Assembly (NCBI GenBank): GCA_964658305.1 | Contig: OZ210885.1 | Coordinates: 17,112,001-17,176,000 of the forward strand | DNA: 64,000 bases | From: Leptogorgia sarmentosa | Taxonomy: Eukaryota | Direction: 5' to 3' | Shown here: positions 1 through 10,962 of the stretch, piece by piece | Numbering within the stretch: the first letter of the stretch is position 1 | Layout of the letters: the number at the start of each line of letters is the position of its first letter | Notes under the pieces: generated by a model | The model's database searches: none | What the model was told of the DNA's origin: nothing | Seen by the model: the letters and a program-made list of their open reading frames with translations, nothing else | Position numbers and translations under genes: made by a program

Positions 1-19
1 GTAACTTCCATCAACAATT

Positions 20-139
20 GTCTACGACCATACCAGTAGGAAAATACCGGTTCTCGTCTTATCACCGAAGTTAAGCCTAGGTGGGCAAAGTTAGTACTTG
101 GATGGGTGACCACCTGGGAATACTTTGTGTTGTAGACTT
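20..139 (+). rRNA. 5S rRNA copy 1
   Basis: Full-length match to array consensus. Confidence 0.88.
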
Positions 140-348
140 GCTTCATTTTATTGTATGTGTGTTTGTAAATAGGTTTGCTTTCAATGTAAACTTCAGGGAT
201 TTTTTTATTGCTACATCTGGAAATACTTTCTATTGTTGTTTTGCTAAATGTTATTTAATGCCTATTTGTAAATATAATTCCTTTCAATTTCAACTTCAGG
301 GTTTTGTTATTGTTACACGTTTAAAAAATGTAACTTCCATCAACAAAT

Positions 349-468
349 GTCTACGACCATACCAGTAGGAAAATACCGGTTCTCGTCTGATCACCGAAGG
401 TAAGCCTAGGTGGGCAAAGTTAGTACTAGGATGGGTGACCACCTGGGAATACTTTGTGTTGTAGACTT
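349..468 (+). rRNA. 5S rRNA copy 2
   Basis: Full-length match to array consensus. Confidence 0.88.
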
Positions 469-677
469 GCTTCATTTTATTGTATGTGTGTTTGTAAATA
501 GGTTTGCTTTCAATGTAAACTTCAGGGATTTTGTTATTGCTACATCTGGAAATACTTTGTATTGTTGTTTTGCTAAATGTTATTTAATGCCTATTTGTAA
601 ATATAATTCCTTTCAATTTCAACTTCAGGGTTTTGTTATTGTTACACATTTAAAAAGTGTTACTTCCATCAACAAAA

Positions 678-795
678 GCTACGACCATACCAGTAGGAAA
701 ATACCGGTTCTTGTCTGATCACCGAAGTTAAGCCTAGGTGGGCAAGTTAGTACTTGGATGGGTGACCACCTGGGAATACTTTGTGTTGTAGACTT
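678..795 (+). rRNA. 5S rRNA copy 3 (small deletions)
   Basis: Near full length; GGGCAAGTT variant. Confidence 0.8.
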
Positions 796-901
796 GCTTC
801 ATTTTATTGTATGTGTGTTTGTAAATAGGTTTGCTTTCAATTTCAACTTCAGGGTTTTGTTATTGTTACACGTTTAAAAAGTGTAACTTCCATCAACAAT
901 T

Positions 902-1021
902 GTCTACGACCATACCAGTAGGAAAATACCGGTTCTCGTCTTATCACCGAAGTTAACCCTAGGTGGGCAAAGTTAGTACTTGGATGGGTGACCACCTGGG
1001 AATACTTTGTGTTGTAGACTT
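902..1021 (+). rRNA. 5S rRNA copy 4
   Basis: Full length. Confidence 0.85.
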
Positions 1022-1127
1022 GCTTCATTTTATTGTATGTGTGTTTGTAAATAGGTTTGCTTTCAATTTCAACTCCAGGGTTTTGTTATTGTTACACGTT
1101 TAAAAAGTGTTACTTCCATCAACAAAT

Positions 1128-1247
1128 GTCTACGACCATACCAGTAGGAAAATACAGGTTCTCGTCTGATCACCGAAGTTAACCCCAGGTGGGCAAAGTT
1201 AGCACTTGGATGGGTGACCACCTGGGAATACTTTGTGTTGTAGACTT
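1128..1247 (+). rRNA. 5S rRNA copy 5
   Basis: Full length, several substitutions. Confidence 0.83.
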
Positions 1248-1336
1248 GCTTCATTTTATTGTATCTGTGTTTGTAAATAGGTTTGCTTTCAATGTCAACT
1301 TCAGGGTTGTGTTATTGTTACCCGTTTAAAAAGTGT

Positions 1337-1475
1337 TGATCACCGAAGTTAAGCCTAGGTGGGCAGAGTTAGTACTTGGATGGGTGACTTCATACCTGGG
1401 TGACCTACTTGCTGAGTTAGTACTTGGGCAGAGTTAGTACTTGGATGGGTGACTTCATACCTGGGTGACCTACTT
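1337..1475 (+). pseudogene. Scrambled 5S pseudogene (copy 6)
   Basis: 5' ~39 nt missing; box C region internally duplicated. Confidence 0.85.
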
Positions 1476-1684
1476 GCTTCATTTTATTGTATGTGTGTTT
1501 GTAAATAGGTTTCCTTTCAATGTAAACTTCAGGGATTTTGTTATTGCTACATCTGGAAATACTTTGTATCGTTGTTTTGCTAAATTTTATTTAATGCCTA
1601 TTTGTAAATATAATTCCTTTCAATTTCAACTTCAGGGTTTTGTTATTGTTACACGTTTAAAAAGTGTAACTTCCATCAACAAAT

Positions 1685-1804
1685 GTCTACGACCATACCA
1701 GTAGGAAAATACCGGTTCTCGTCTGATCACCGAAGTTAAGCCTAGGTGGGCAAAGTTAGTACTTGGATGGGTGACCACCTGGGAATACTTTGTGTTGTAG
1801 ACTT
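1685..1804 (+). rRNA. 5S rRNA copy 7
   Basis: Full length. Confidence 0.88.
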
Positions 1805-1892
1805 GCTTCATTTTATTGTATGTGTGTTTGTAAATAGGTTTGCTTTCAATGTAAACTTCAGGGATTTTGGTATTGGTACATCTGGAAATACT

Positions 1893-1983
1893 TTTTCTCA
1901 TCTGATCACCGAAGTTAAGCCTAGGTAGGCAAAGTTAGTACTTGGATGGGTGACCACCTGGGAATACTTTGTGTTGTAGACTT
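1893..1983 (+). pseudogene. 5'-truncated 5S pseudogene (copy 8)
   Basis: Starts at TTCTCATCTGATCACC; 5' ~30 nt and upstream TATA-like element deleted. Confidence 0.85.
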
Positions 1984-2089
1984 GCTTCATTTTATTGTAT
2001 GTGTGTTTGTAAATAGGTTTGCTTTCAATTTCAACTTCAGGGTTTTGTTATTGTTATACGTTCAAAAAGTGTAACTTCCATCAACAAAT

Positions 2090-2209
2090 GTCTACGACCA
2101 TACCAGTAGGAAAATACCGGTTCTCGTCTGATCACCAAAGTTAAGCCTAGGTGGGCAAAGTTAGTACTTGGATGGGTGACTACCTGGGAATACTTTGTGT
2201 TGTAGACTT
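2090..2209 (+). rRNA. 5S rRNA copy 9
   Basis: Full length. Confidence 0.86.
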
Positions 2210-2315
2210 GCTTCATTTTATTGTATGCGTGTTTGTAAATAGGTTTGCTTTCAATTTCAACTTCAGGGTTTTGTTATTGTTACACGTTCAAAAAGTGTAA
2301 CTTCCATCAACTAAT

Positions 2316-2434
2316 GTCTACGACCATACCAGTAGGAAAATACCGGTTCTTGTCTGATCACCGAAGTTAAGCCTAGGTGGGCAAGTTAGTACGTGGATGG
2401 GTGACCACCTGGGAATACTTTGTCTTGTAGACTT
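2316..2434 (+). rRNA. 5S rRNA copy 10
   Basis: 1-nt deletion variant. Confidence 0.82.
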
Positions 2435-2540
2435 GCTTCATTTTATTGTATGTGTGTTTGTAAATAGGTTTGCTTTCAATTTCAACTTCAGGGTTTTGTT
2501 ATTGTTACACGTTTAAAAAGTGTTACTTCCATCAACAAAT

Positions 2541-2660
2541 GTCTACGACCATACCAGTAGGAAAATACCGGTTGTCGTCTGATCACTGAAGTTAAGCCTA
2601 GGTGGGCAAACTTAGTACTTGGATGGGTGACCACCTGGGAATACTTTGTGTTGTAGACTT
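2541..2660 (+). rRNA. 5S rRNA copy 11
   Basis: Full length. Confidence 0.85.
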
Positions 2661-2766
2661 GCTTCATTTTATTGTATGTGTGTTTGTAAATAGGTTTGCT
2701 TTCAATTTCAACTTCAGGGTTTTGTTATTGTTACACGTTTAAAAAGTGTAACTTCCATCAACAAAT

Positions 2767-2886
2767 GTCTACGACCATACCAGTAGGAAAATACCGGTTC
2801 TCGTCTGATCACCGAAGTTAAGCCTAGGTGGGCAAAGTTAGTACTTTGATGGGTGACCACCTGGGAATACTTTGTGTTGTAGACTT
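2767..2886 (+). rRNA. 5S rRNA copy 12
   Basis: Full length. Confidence 0.87.
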
Positions 2887-3095
2887 GCTTCATTTTATTG
2901 TATGTGTGTTTGTAAATAGGTTTGCTTTTAATGTAAACTTCAGGGATTTTTTTATTGCTACATCTGGAAATACTTTCTATTGTTGTTTTGCTAAATGTTA
3001 TTTAATGCCTATTTGTAAATATAATTTCTTTCAATTTCAACTTCAGGGTTTTGTTATTGTTACACGTTTAAAAAATGTAACTTCCATCAACAAAT

Positions 3096-3215
3096 GTCTA
3101 CGACCATACCAGTAGGAAAATACCGGTTCTCGTCTGATCACCGAAGTTAAGCCTAGGTGGGCAAAGCTAGTACTTGGATGGGTGACCACCTGGGAATACT
3201 TTGTGTTGTAGACTT
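3096..3215 (+). rRNA. 5S rRNA copy 13
   Basis: Full length. Confidence 0.87.
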
Positions 3216-3424
3216 GCTTCATTTTATTGTATGTGTGTCTGTAAATAGGTTTGCTTTCAATGTAAACTTCAGGGATTTTGTTATTGCTACATCTGGAAAT
3301 ACTTTGTATTGTTGTTTTGCTAAATGTTATTTAATGCCTATTTGTAAATATAATTCCTTTCAATTTCAACTTCAGGGTTTTGTTATTGTTACACATTTAA
3401 AAAGTGTTACTTCCATCAACAAAA

Positions 3425-3542
3425 GCTACGACCATACCAGTAGGAAAATACCGGTTCTTGTCTGATCACCGAAGTTAAGCCTAGGTGGGCAAGTTAGTAC
3501 TTGGATGGGTGACCACCTGGGAATACTTTGTGTTGTAGACTT
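3425..3542 (+). rRNA. 5S rRNA copy 14 (small deletions)
   Basis: Twin of copy 3. Confidence 0.8.
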
Positions 3543-3648
3543 GCTTCATTTTATTGTATGTGTGTTTGTAAATAGGTTTGCTTTCAATTTCAACTTCAGG
3601 GTTTTGTTATTGTTACACGTTTAAAAAGTGTAACTTCCATCAACAATT

Positions 3649-3768
3649 GTCTACGACCATACCAGTAGGAAAATACCGGTTCTCGTCTTATCACCGAAGT
3701 TAACCCTAGGTGGGCAAAGTTAGTACTTGGATGGGTGACCACCTGGGAATACTTTGTGTTGTAGACTT
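3649..3768 (+). rRNA. 5S rRNA copy 15
   Basis: Full length. Confidence 0.85.
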
Positions 3769-3874
3769 GCTTCATTTTATTGTATGTGTGTTTGTAAATA
3801 GGTTTGCTTTCAATTTCAACTCCAGGGTTTTGTTATTGTTACACGTTTAAAAAGTGTTACTTCCATCAACAAAT

Positions 3875-3994
3875 GTCTACGACCATACCAGTAGGAAAAT
3901 ACAGGTTCTCGTCTGATCACCGAAGTTAACCCCAGGTGGGCAAAGTTAGCACTTGGATGGGTGACCACCTGGGAATACTTTGTGTTGTAGACTT
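3875..3994 (+). rRNA. 5S rRNA copy 16
   Basis: Full length, twin of copy 5. Confidence 0.83.
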
Positions 3995-4083
3995 GCTTCA
4001 TTTTATTGTATCTGTGTTTGTAAATAGGTTTGCTTTCAATGTCAACTTCAGGGTTGTGTTATTGTTACCCGTTTAAAAAGTGT

Positions 4084-4222
4084 TGATCACCGAAGTTAAG
4101 CCTAGGTGGGCAGAGTTAGTACTTGGATGGGTGACTTCATACCTGGGTGACCTACTTGCTGAGTTAGTACTTGGGCAGAGTTAGTACTTGGATGGGTGAC
4201 TTCATACCTGGGTGACCTACTT
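4084..4222 (+). pseudogene. Scrambled 5S pseudogene (copy 17)
   Basis: Same rearrangement as copy 6, offset 2747 bp. Confidence 0.85.
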
Positions 4223-4431
4223 GCTTCATTTTATTGTATGTGTGTTTGTAAATAGGTTTCCTTTCAATGTAAACTTCAGGGATTTTGTTATTGGTACATC
4301 TGGAAATACTTTGTATCGTTGTTTTGCTAAATTTTATTTAATGCCTATTTGTAAATATAATTCCTTTCAATTTCAACTTCAGGGTTTTGTTATTGTTACA
4401 CGTTTAAAAAGTGTAACTTCCATCAACAAAT

Positions 4432-4551
4432 GTCTACGACCATACCAGTAGGAAAATACCGGTTCTCGTCTGATCACCGAAGTTAAGCCTAGGTGGGCAA
4501 AGTTAGTACTTGGATGCGTGACCACCTGGGAATACTTTGTGTTGTAGACTT
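4432..4551 (+). rRNA. 5S rRNA copy 18
   Basis: Full length. Confidence 0.86.
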
Positions 4552-4639
4552 GCTTCATTTTATTGTATGTGTGTTTGTAAATAGGTTTGCTTTCAATGTA
4601 AACTTCAGGGATTTTGGTATTGGTACATCTGGAAATACT

Positions 4640-4730
4640 TTTTCTCATCTGATCACTGAAGTTAAGCCTAGGTAGGCAAAGTTAGTACTTGGATGGGTGA
4701 CCACCTGGGAATACTTTGTGTTGTAGACTT
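4640..4730 (+). pseudogene. 5'-truncated 5S pseudogene (copy 19)
   Basis: Twin of copy 8. Confidence 0.85.
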
Positions 4731-4836
4731 GCTTCATTTTATTGTATGTGTGTTTGTAAATAGGTTTGCTTTCAAATTCAACTTCAGGGTTTTGTTATTG
4801 TTATACGTTTAAAATGTGTAACTTCCATCAACAAAC

Positions 4837-4956
4837 GTCAACGACCATACCAGTAGGAAAATACCGGTTCTCGTCTGATCACCAAAGTTAAGCCTTGGTG
4901 GGCAAACTTAGTACTTGGATGGGTGACTACCTGGGAATACTTTGTGTTGTAGACTT
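4837..4956 (+). rRNA. 5S rRNA copy 20
   Basis: Full length, several substitutions. Confidence 0.82.
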
Positions 4957-5062
4957 GCTTCATTTTATTGTATGCGTGTTTGTAAATAGGTTTGCTTTCA
5001 ATTTCAACTTCAGGGTTTTGTTATTGTTACACGTTCAAAAAGTGTAACTTCCATCAACAAAT

Positions 5063-5181
5063 GTCTACGACCATACCAGTAGGAAAATACCGGTTCTTGT
5101 CTGATCACCGAAGTTAAGCCTAGGTGGGCAAGTTAGTACGTGGATGGGTGACCACCTGGGAATACTTTGTGTTGTAGACTT
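5063..5181 (+). rRNA. 5S rRNA copy 21
   Basis: 1-nt deletion variant. Confidence 0.82.
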
Positions 5182-5285
5182 GCTTCATTTTATTGTATGT
5201 GTTTGTAAATAGGTTTGCTTTCAATTTCAACTTCAGGGTTTTGTTATTGTTACACGTTTGAAAAGTGTTACTTCCATCAACAAAT

Positions 5286-5405
5286 GTCTACGACCATACC
5301 AGTAGGAAAATACCGGTTGTCGTCTGATCACTGAAGTTAAGCCTAGGTGGGCAAACTTAGTACTTGGATGGGTGACCACCTGGGAATACTTTGTGTTGTA
5401 GACTT
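5286..5405 (+). rRNA. 5S rRNA copy 22
   Basis: Full length. Confidence 0.85.
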
Positions 5406-5511
5406 GCTTCATTTTATTGTATGTGTGTTTGTAAATAGGTTTGCTTTCAATTTCAACTTCAGGGTTTTGTTATTGTTACACGTTTAAAAAATGTAACTTC
5501 CATCAGCAAAT

Positions 5512-5631
5512 GTCTACGACCATACCAGTAGGAAAATACCGGTTCTCGTCTGATCACCGAAGTTAAGCCTAGGTGGGCAAAGTTAGTACTTGGATGGGTG
5601 ACCACCTGGGAATACTTTGTGTTGTAGACTT
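5512..5631 (+). rRNA. 5S rRNA copy 23
   Basis: Full length. Confidence 0.88.
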
Positions 5632-5840
5632 GCTTCATTTTATTGTATGTGTGTTTGTAAATAGGTTTGCTTTCAATGTAAACTTCAGGGATTTTGTTAT
5701 TGCTACATCTGGAAATACTTTGTATTGTTGTTTTGCTAAATGTTATTTAATGCCTATTTGTAAATATACTTCCTTTCAATTTCAACTTCGGGGTTTAGTT
5801 ATTGTTACACGATTAAAAAGTGTAACTTCCATCAACAAAT

Positions 5841-5959
5841 GTGTACGACCGTACGAGTAGGAAAATACCGGTTCTCGTCTGATCACTGAAGTTAAGCCTA
5901 GGTGGGCAAGTTAGTACGTGGATGGGTGACCACCTGGGAATACTTTGTGTTGTAGAGTT
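5841..5959 (+). rRNA. 5S rRNA copy 24
   Basis: Divergent, 1-nt deletion. Confidence 0.78.
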
Positions 5960-6065
5960 GCTTCATTTTATTGTATGTGTGTTTGTAAATAGGTTTGCTT
6001 TCAATTTCAACTTCAGGGTTTTGTTATTGTTACACGTTTAAAAAGTATAACTTCCATCAACAAAT

Positions 6066-6184
6066 GTCTACGACTATACCAGTAGGAAAATACCGGTTCT
6101 TGTCTGATCACCGAAGTTAAGTCTAGGTGGGCAAGTTAGTACTTGGATGGGTGACCACCTGGGAATACTTTGTGTTGTAGACTT
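6066..6184 (+). rRNA. 5S rRNA copy 25
   Basis: 1-nt deletion variant. Confidence 0.8.
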
Positions 6185-6393
6185 GCTTCATTTTATTGTA
6201 TGTGTGTTTGTAAATAGGTTTGCTTTCAATGTGAACTTCAGGGGTATTGTTATTGATACATCTGGAAATACTTTGTATTGTTGTTTTGCTAAATTTTATT
6301 TAATGCCTATTTGTAAATAGGTTTGCTTTCAATTTCAACTTCAGGGTTTTGTTATTGTTACATGTTTAAAAAGTGTAACTTCCATCAACAAAT

Positions 6394-6512
6394 GTCTACG
6401 ACCATACCAGTAGGAAAATACCAGTTCTTGTCTGATCACCGAAGTTAAGCCTAGGTGGGCAAGTTAGTACTTGGATGGGTGACCACCTGGGAATACTTTG
6501 TGTTGTAGACTT
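6394..6512 (+). rRNA. 5S rRNA copy 26
   Basis: 1-nt deletion variant. Confidence 0.8.
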
Positions 6513-6618
6513 GCTTCATTTTATTGTATGTGTGTTTGTAAATAGGTTTGCTTTCAATTTCAACTTCAGGGTTTTGTTATTGTTACATGTTTAAAAAGTC
6601 TAACTTCCATCAACAAAT

Positions 6619-6737
6619 GTCTACGACCATACCAGCAGGAAAATACCAGTTCTTCTCTGATCACCGAAGTTAAGCCTAGGTGGGCAAGTTAGTACTTGGA
6701 TGGGTGACCACCTGGGAATACTTTGTGTTGTAGACTT
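6619..6737 (+). rRNA. 5S rRNA copy 27
   Basis: 1-nt deletion variant. Confidence 0.8.
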
Positions 6738-6843
6738 GCTTCATTTTATTGTATGTGTGTTTGTAAATAGGTTTGCTTTCAATTTCAACTTCAGGGTTTT
6801 GTTATTGTTACATGTTTAAAAAGTCTAACTTCCATCAACAAAT

Positions 6844-6963
6844 GTCTACGACCATACCAGTAGGAAAATACCGGTTCTTGACTTATCACCGAAGTTAAGC
6901 CTAGGTGGGCAAAGTTAGTACTTGGATGGGTGACCACCTGCGAATACTTTGTATTGTAGACTT
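6844..6963 (+). rRNA. 5S rRNA copy 28
   Basis: Full length. Confidence 0.83.
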
Positions 6964-7069
6964 GCTTCATTTTATTGTATGTGTGTTTGTAAATATAATT
7001 CCTTTCAATTTCAACTTCAAGGTTTTGTTATTGTTACACGTTTAAAAAGTGTAACTTCCATCAACAAAC

Positions 7070-7188
7070 GCTACGACCATACCAGTAGGAAAATACCGGT
7101 TCTCGTGTGATCACCGAAGTTAAGCCTAGGTGGGCAAAGTTAGTACTTGGATGGGTGACTACCTGGGAATACTTTGTGTTGTAGACTT
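7070..7188 (+). rRNA. 5S rRNA copy 29
   Basis: Near full length. Confidence 0.83.
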
Positions 7189-7294
7189 GCTTCATTTTAT
7201 TGTATGTGTGTTTGTAAATATAATTCCTTTCAATTTCAACTTCAGGGTTTTGTTATCGTTACACGTTTAAAAAGTGTAACTTCCATCAACAAAT

Positions 7295-7414
7295 GTCTAT
7301 GACCGTACCAGTAGGAAAATACCGGCTCTCGTCTGATCACCGAAGTTAAGCCTAGGTGGGCAAAGTTAGTACTTGGATGGGTGACCACCTGGGAACACTC
7401 TGTGTTGTAGACTT
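7295..7414 (+). rRNA. 5S rRNA copy 30
   Basis: Full length. Confidence 0.83.
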
Positions 7415-7623
7415 GCTTCATTTTATTGTATGTGTGTTTGTAAATAGGTTTGCTTTCAATGTAAACTTCAGGGATTTTGTTATTGCTACATCTGGAAATA
7501 CTTTGTATTGTTGTTTTGCTAAATGTTATTTAATGCCTATTTGTAAATATAATTCCTTTCAATTTCAACTTCAGGGTTTTGTTATTGTTACACGTTTAAA
7601 AAGTGTTACTTCCATCAACAAAT

Positions 7624-7741
7624 GCTACGACCATACCAGTAGGAAAATACCGGTTCTTGTCTGATCACTGAAGTTAAGCCTAGGTGGGCAAGTTAGTACG
7701 TGGATGGGTGACCACCTGGGAATACTTTGTGTTGTAGAGTT
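7624..7741 (+). rRNA. 5S rRNA copy 31
   Basis: Small deletions. Confidence 0.78.
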
Positions 7742-7847
7742 GCTTCATTTTATTGTATGTGTGTTTGTAAATAGGTTTGCTTTCAATTTCAACTTCAGGG
7801 TTTTGTTATTGTTACACGTTTAAAAAGTATAACTTCCATCAACAAAT

Positions 7848-7966
7848 GTCTACGACCATACCAGTAGGAAAATACCGGTTCTTGTCTGATCACCGAAGTT
7901 AAGCCTAGGTGGGCAAGTTAGTACTTGGATGGGTGACCACCTGGGAATACTTTGTGTTGTAGACTT
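7848..7966 (+). rRNA. 5S rRNA copy 32
   Basis: 1-nt deletion variant. Confidence 0.82.
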
Positions 7967-8175
7967 GCTTCATTTTATTGTATGTGTGTTTGTAAATAGG
8001 TTTGCTTTCAATGTGAACTTCAGGGGTATTGTTATTGATACATCTGGAAATACTTTGTATTGTTGTTTTGCTAAATTTTATTTAATGCCTATTTGTAAAT
8101 AGGTTTGCTTTCAATTTCAACTTCAGGGTTTTGTTATTGTTACATGTTTAAAAAGTGTAACTTCCATCAACAAAT

Positions 8176-8294
8176 GTCTACGACCATACCAGTAGGAAAA
8201 TACCAGTTCTTGTCTGATCACCGAAGTTAAGCCTAGGTGGGCAAGTTAGTACTTGGATGGGTGACCACCTGGGAATACTTTGTGTTGTAGACTT
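8176..8294 (+). rRNA. 5S rRNA copy 33
   Basis: 1-nt deletion variant. Confidence 0.8.
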
Positions 8295-8400
8295 GCTTCA
8301 TTTTATTGTATGTGTGTTTGTAAATAGGTTTGCTTTCAATTTCAACTTCAGGGTTTTGTTATTGTTACATGTTTAAAAAGTCTAACTTCCATCAACAAAT

Positions 8401-8519
8401 GTCTACGACCATACCAGTAGGAAAATACCAGTTCTTCTCTGATCACCGAAGTTAAGCCTAGGTGGGCAAGTTAGTACTTGGATGGGTGACCACCTGGGAA
8501 TACTTTGTGTTGTAGACTT
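8401..8519 (+). rRNA. 5S rRNA copy 34
   Basis: 1-nt deletion variant. Confidence 0.8.
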
Positions 8520-8625
8520 GCTTCATTTTATTGTATGTGTGTTTGTAAATAGGTTTGCTTTCAATTTCAACTTCAGGGTTTTGTTATTGTTACATGTTTA
8601 AAAAGTCTAACTTCCATCAACAAAT

Positions 8626-8745
8626 GTCTACGACCATACCAGTAGGAAAATACCGGTTCTCGACTGATCACCGAAGTTAAGCCTAGGTGGGCAAAGTTAG
8701 TACTTGGATGGGTGACCACCTGCGAATACTTTGTATTGTAGACTT
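8626..8745 (+). rRNA. 5S rRNA copy 35
   Basis: Full length. Confidence 0.84.
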
Positions 8746-8851
8746 GCTTCATTTTATTGTATGTGTGTTTGTAAATATAATTCCTTTCAATTTCAACTTC
8801 AAGGTTTTGTTATTGTTACACGTTTAAAAAGTGTAACTTCCATCAACAAAC

Positions 8852-8970
8852 GCTACGACCATACCAGTAGGAAAATACCGGTTCTCGTGTGATCACCGAA
8901 GTTAAGCCTAGGTGGGCAAAGTTAGTACTTGGATGGGTGACTACCTGGGAATACTTTGTGTTGTAGACTT
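8852..8970 (+). rRNA. 5S rRNA copy 36
   Basis: Near full length. Confidence 0.83.
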
Positions 8971-9076
8971 GCTTCATTTTATTGTATGTGTGTTTGTAAA
9001 TATAATTCCTTTCAATTTCAACTTCAGGGTTTTGTTATTGTTACACGTTTAAAAAGTGTAACTTCCATCAACAAAT

Positions 9077-9196
9077 GTCTATGACCGTACCAGTAGGAAA
9101 ATACCGGCTCTCGTCTGATCACCGAAGTTAAGCCTAGGTGGGCAAAGTTAGTATTTGGATAGGTGACCACCTGGGAATACTTTGTGTTGTAGACTT
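9077..9196 (+). rRNA. 5S rRNA copy 37
   Basis: Full length. Confidence 0.82.
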
Positions 9197-9302
9197 GCTT
9201 CATTTTATTGTATGTGTGTTTGTAAATAGGTTTGCTTTCAATTTCAAATTCAGGGTTTTGTTATTGTTACACGTTTGAAATGTGTAACTTCCATCAACAA
9301 AT

Positions 9303-9422
9303 GTCTACGACCATACCAGTAGGAAAATACCGGTTCTTGTCTGATCACCGAAGTTAAGCCTAGGTGGGCAAAGTTAGTACTTGGATGGGTGACTACCTGG
9401 GAATACTTTGTGTTGTAGACTT
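9303..9422 (+). rRNA. 5S rRNA copy 38
   Basis: Full length. Confidence 0.86.
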
Positions 9423-9527
9423 GCTTCATTTTATTGTATGTGTGTTTGTAAATATAATTCTTTCAATTTCAACTTCAGGGTTTTGTTATTGTTACACGTT
9501 TAAAAAGTGTAACTTCCATCAACAAAT

Positions 9528-9647
9528 GTCTACGACCATACCAGTAGGAAAATACCGGTTCTCGTCTGATCACCGAAGTTAAGCCTAGGTGGGCAAAGTT
9601 AGTACTTGGATGGGTGACCACCTGGGAATACTTTGTGTTGTAGACTT
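9528..9647 (+). rRNA. 5S rRNA copy 39
   Basis: Full length. Confidence 0.88.
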
Positions 9648-9753
9648 GCTTCATTTTATTGTATGTGTGTTTGTAAATAGGTTTGCTTTCAATTTCAACT
9701 TCAGGGTTATTTTATTGTTACACGTTTAAAAAGTGTTACTTCCATCAACAAAT

Positions 9754-9873
9754 GTCTACGACCATACCAGTAGGAAAATACCGGTTCTCGTCTGATCACC
9801 GAAGTTAAGCCTAGGTGGGCAAAGTTAGTACTTGGATGGGTGACCACCTGGGAATACTTTGTGTTGTAGACTT
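9754..9873 (+). rRNA. 5S rRNA copy 40
   Basis: Full length. Confidence 0.88.
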
Positions 9874-10082
9874 GCTTCATTTTATTGTATGTGTGTTTGT
9901 AAATAGGTTTGCTTTCAATTTCAACTTCAGGGATTTTGTTATTGCTACATCTGGAAATACTTTGTATCGTTGTTTTGCTAAATTTTATTTAATGCCTATT
10001 TGTAAATATAATTCCTTTCAATTTCAACTTCAGGGTTTTGTTATTGTTACATGTTTAAAAAGTGTAACTTCCATCGACAAAT

Positions 10083-10202
10083 GTCTACGACCATACCAGT
10101 AGGAAAATACCAGTTCTCGTCTGATCACCGAAGTTAAGCCTAGGTGGGCAAAGTTAGTACTTGGATGGGTGACCACCTGGGAATACTTTGTGTTGTAGAC
10201 TT
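10083..10202 (+). rRNA. 5S rRNA copy 41
   Basis: Full length. Confidence 0.87.
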
Positions 10203-10411
10203 GCTTCATTTTATTGTATGTGTGTTTGTAAATAGGTTTGCTTTCAATGTAAACTTCAGGGATTTTGTTATTGCTACATCTGGAAATACTTTGTATTGTT
10301 GTTTTGCTGAATGTTATTTAATGCCTATTTGTAAATATAATTCCTTTCAATTTCAACTTCAGGGTTTTGTTATTGTTACACGTTTAAAAAGTGTAACTTC
10401 CATCAACAAAT

Positions 10412-10531
10412 GTCTACGACCGTACGAGTAGGAAAATACCGGTTCTCGTCTGATCACCGAAGTTAAGCCTAGGTGGGTAAAGTTAGTAGTTGGATGGATG
10501 ACCACCTGGGAATACTTTGTGTTGTAGACTT
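10412..10531 (+). rRNA. 5S rRNA copy 42
   Basis: Full length, several substitutions. Confidence 0.82.
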
Positions 10532-10740
10532 GCTTCATTTTATTGTATGTGTGTTTGTAAATAGGTTTGCTTTCAATGTAAACTTCAGGGATTTTGTTAT
10601 TGCTACATCTGGAAATACTTTGTATTGTTGTTTTGCTAAATGTTATTTAATGCCTATTTGTAAATATAATTCCTTTCAATTTCAACTTCAGGGTTTTGTT
10701 ATTGTTACACGTTTAAAAAGTGTAACTTCCATCAAGAAAT

Positions 10741-10860
10741 GTCTACGACCGTACGAGTAGGAAAATACCGGTTCTCGTCTGATCACCGAAGTTAAGCCTA
10801 GGTGGGTAAAGTTAGTAGTTGGATGGGTGACCACCTGGGAATACTTTGTGTTGTAGACTT
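10741..10860 (+). rRNA. 5S rRNA copy 43
   Basis: Full length. Confidence 0.83.
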
Positions 10861-10962
10861 GCTTCATTTTATTGTATGTGTGTAAATAGGTTTTCTTTCA
10901 ATTTCAACTTCAGGGTTTTGTTATTGTTACACGTTTAAAAAGTGTAACTTCCATCAACAAAT

